Source: Thermodesulfobacteriota bacterium
GTDB taxonomy: Bacteria; Desulfobacterota; Desulfobaccia; Desulfobaccales; 0-14-0-80-60-11
NCBI GenBank assembly: GCA_049322355.1
Contig: JBMORG010000027.1
Coordinates: 139,808 to 203,807, forward strand
Length of the DNA: 64,000 nt
Direction of reading: 5' to 3'
Below, one piece after another: positions 63,658 through 64,000 of the stretch. Made by a program: the position numbers and the translations under genes. Within the stretch, counting starts at the first letter, position 1; each line of letters begins with the position of its first letter. A model generated the notes under the pieces. The model worked only from the letters and a program-made list of their open reading frames with translations. It did no database searches and was not told where the DNA came from.

Positions 63658-63844
63658 AATTTGCTTCGACTAAGATGCTTGCTTACGATAAGAACCGGCA
63701 ACTTCCGGTTACCGGGGGTGCAGGGTTTTTCCAGATAAAAATGATTCAGGCAGTATTCCCGCCTTGATTTTTGCCCAACACCGGGGGTAAGTTTAACCCT
63801 AACCCCTCAGCCCGCAACTGATAAAAAGAAAAACTGGAGCGCCC

Positions 63845-64000
63845 ATGAAAAAGCTGTCTGCCTCGATTTTATCGGCGGATTTCGGCCGCCTGGCGGAGCA
63901 GGTGAAGGCCGCGGAAGACGCTGGCGTCGATTGGATTCACGTGGATGTCATGGACGGGCATTTCGTCCCCAATATCACCATCGGCCCGGTGGTGACCCAG
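63845..64000 (+). CDS. rpe: Ribulose-phosphate 3-epimerase, N-terminal fragment (continues beyond window)
   Basis: [48 protein letters not shown] is the Rpe N-terminal signature. Confidence 0.9.
   Translation, partial: MKKLSASILSADFGRLAEQVKAAEDAGVDWIHVDVMDGHFVPNITIGPVVTQ

Noticed and set aside
61590-63660. Calling the AT-rich island a Pycsar/CBASS-type defence system outright
   Set aside because: Only a sensor-like protein is present. No nucleotide cyclase, no recognisable killing domain and no mobility genes are nearby. It is kept as a hypothesis in the findings and not annotated as a defence system.

Overview
About 64 kb of GC-rich bacterial chromosome (about 60% G+C by eye). Almost all of it is core metabolism. 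The gene content suggests an anaerobic Desulfobacterota-like (deltaproteobacterial) organism; this is an inference from a giant HdrA-NfnB-type fusion, a selenocysteine MvhD, a DUF3365 haem-c sensor kinase and a fused nuoBCD. Main blocks, left to right: (1) meaB fragment, surE, an orphan hdrCB-like pair, qor, two methyltransferases including ubiE/menG; (2) an 840-aa protein made of two tandem malic-enzyme modules; (3) an orphan PAS histidine kinase; (4) hpt, ppx/gppA, guaB; (5) a PF04060-type Fe-S protein facing an mvhD(Sec)-hdrL operon, then a 685-bp repeat-filled divergent spacer and a DUF169-like gene; (6) ridA, punA, a DUF134 gene, purM, panCD, metK-ahcY, a phosphohexomutase, an M50 protease and an Mrp-NifX fusion; (7) a complete nuo operon on the minus strand (nuoA, fused nuoBCD, E, F, G, H, [methyltransferase], I, J, K, L, M, [wrbA], N); (8) a UbiA-family, small membrane protein and cytochrome-b5-like/DUF2231 trio; (9) a complete pentose-phosphate cluster (tkt, rpiB, tal, HAD, gnd, zwf, pgl ... 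rpe), split between pgl and rpe by a sharply AT-rich single-gene island. That island encodes a cNMP-binding, coiled-coil, TM and HEAT-like protein. By eye I saw no rRNA, tRNA, CRISPR array, integrase, transposase or prophage genes. The non-genic signal is at least seven families of short palindromic or inverted-repeat elements filling most larger intergenic spacers. They are often nested inside other palindromes, and five lie inside the nuo operon. Best candidates for something new: the AT-rich island gene, the Sec-MvhD/HdrL module, the tandem malic enzyme with a degenerate N-terminal module, and the nested palindromic repeats. I could not identify a clear multi-gene novel system. All functional calls rest on remembered motifs, not on database searches.
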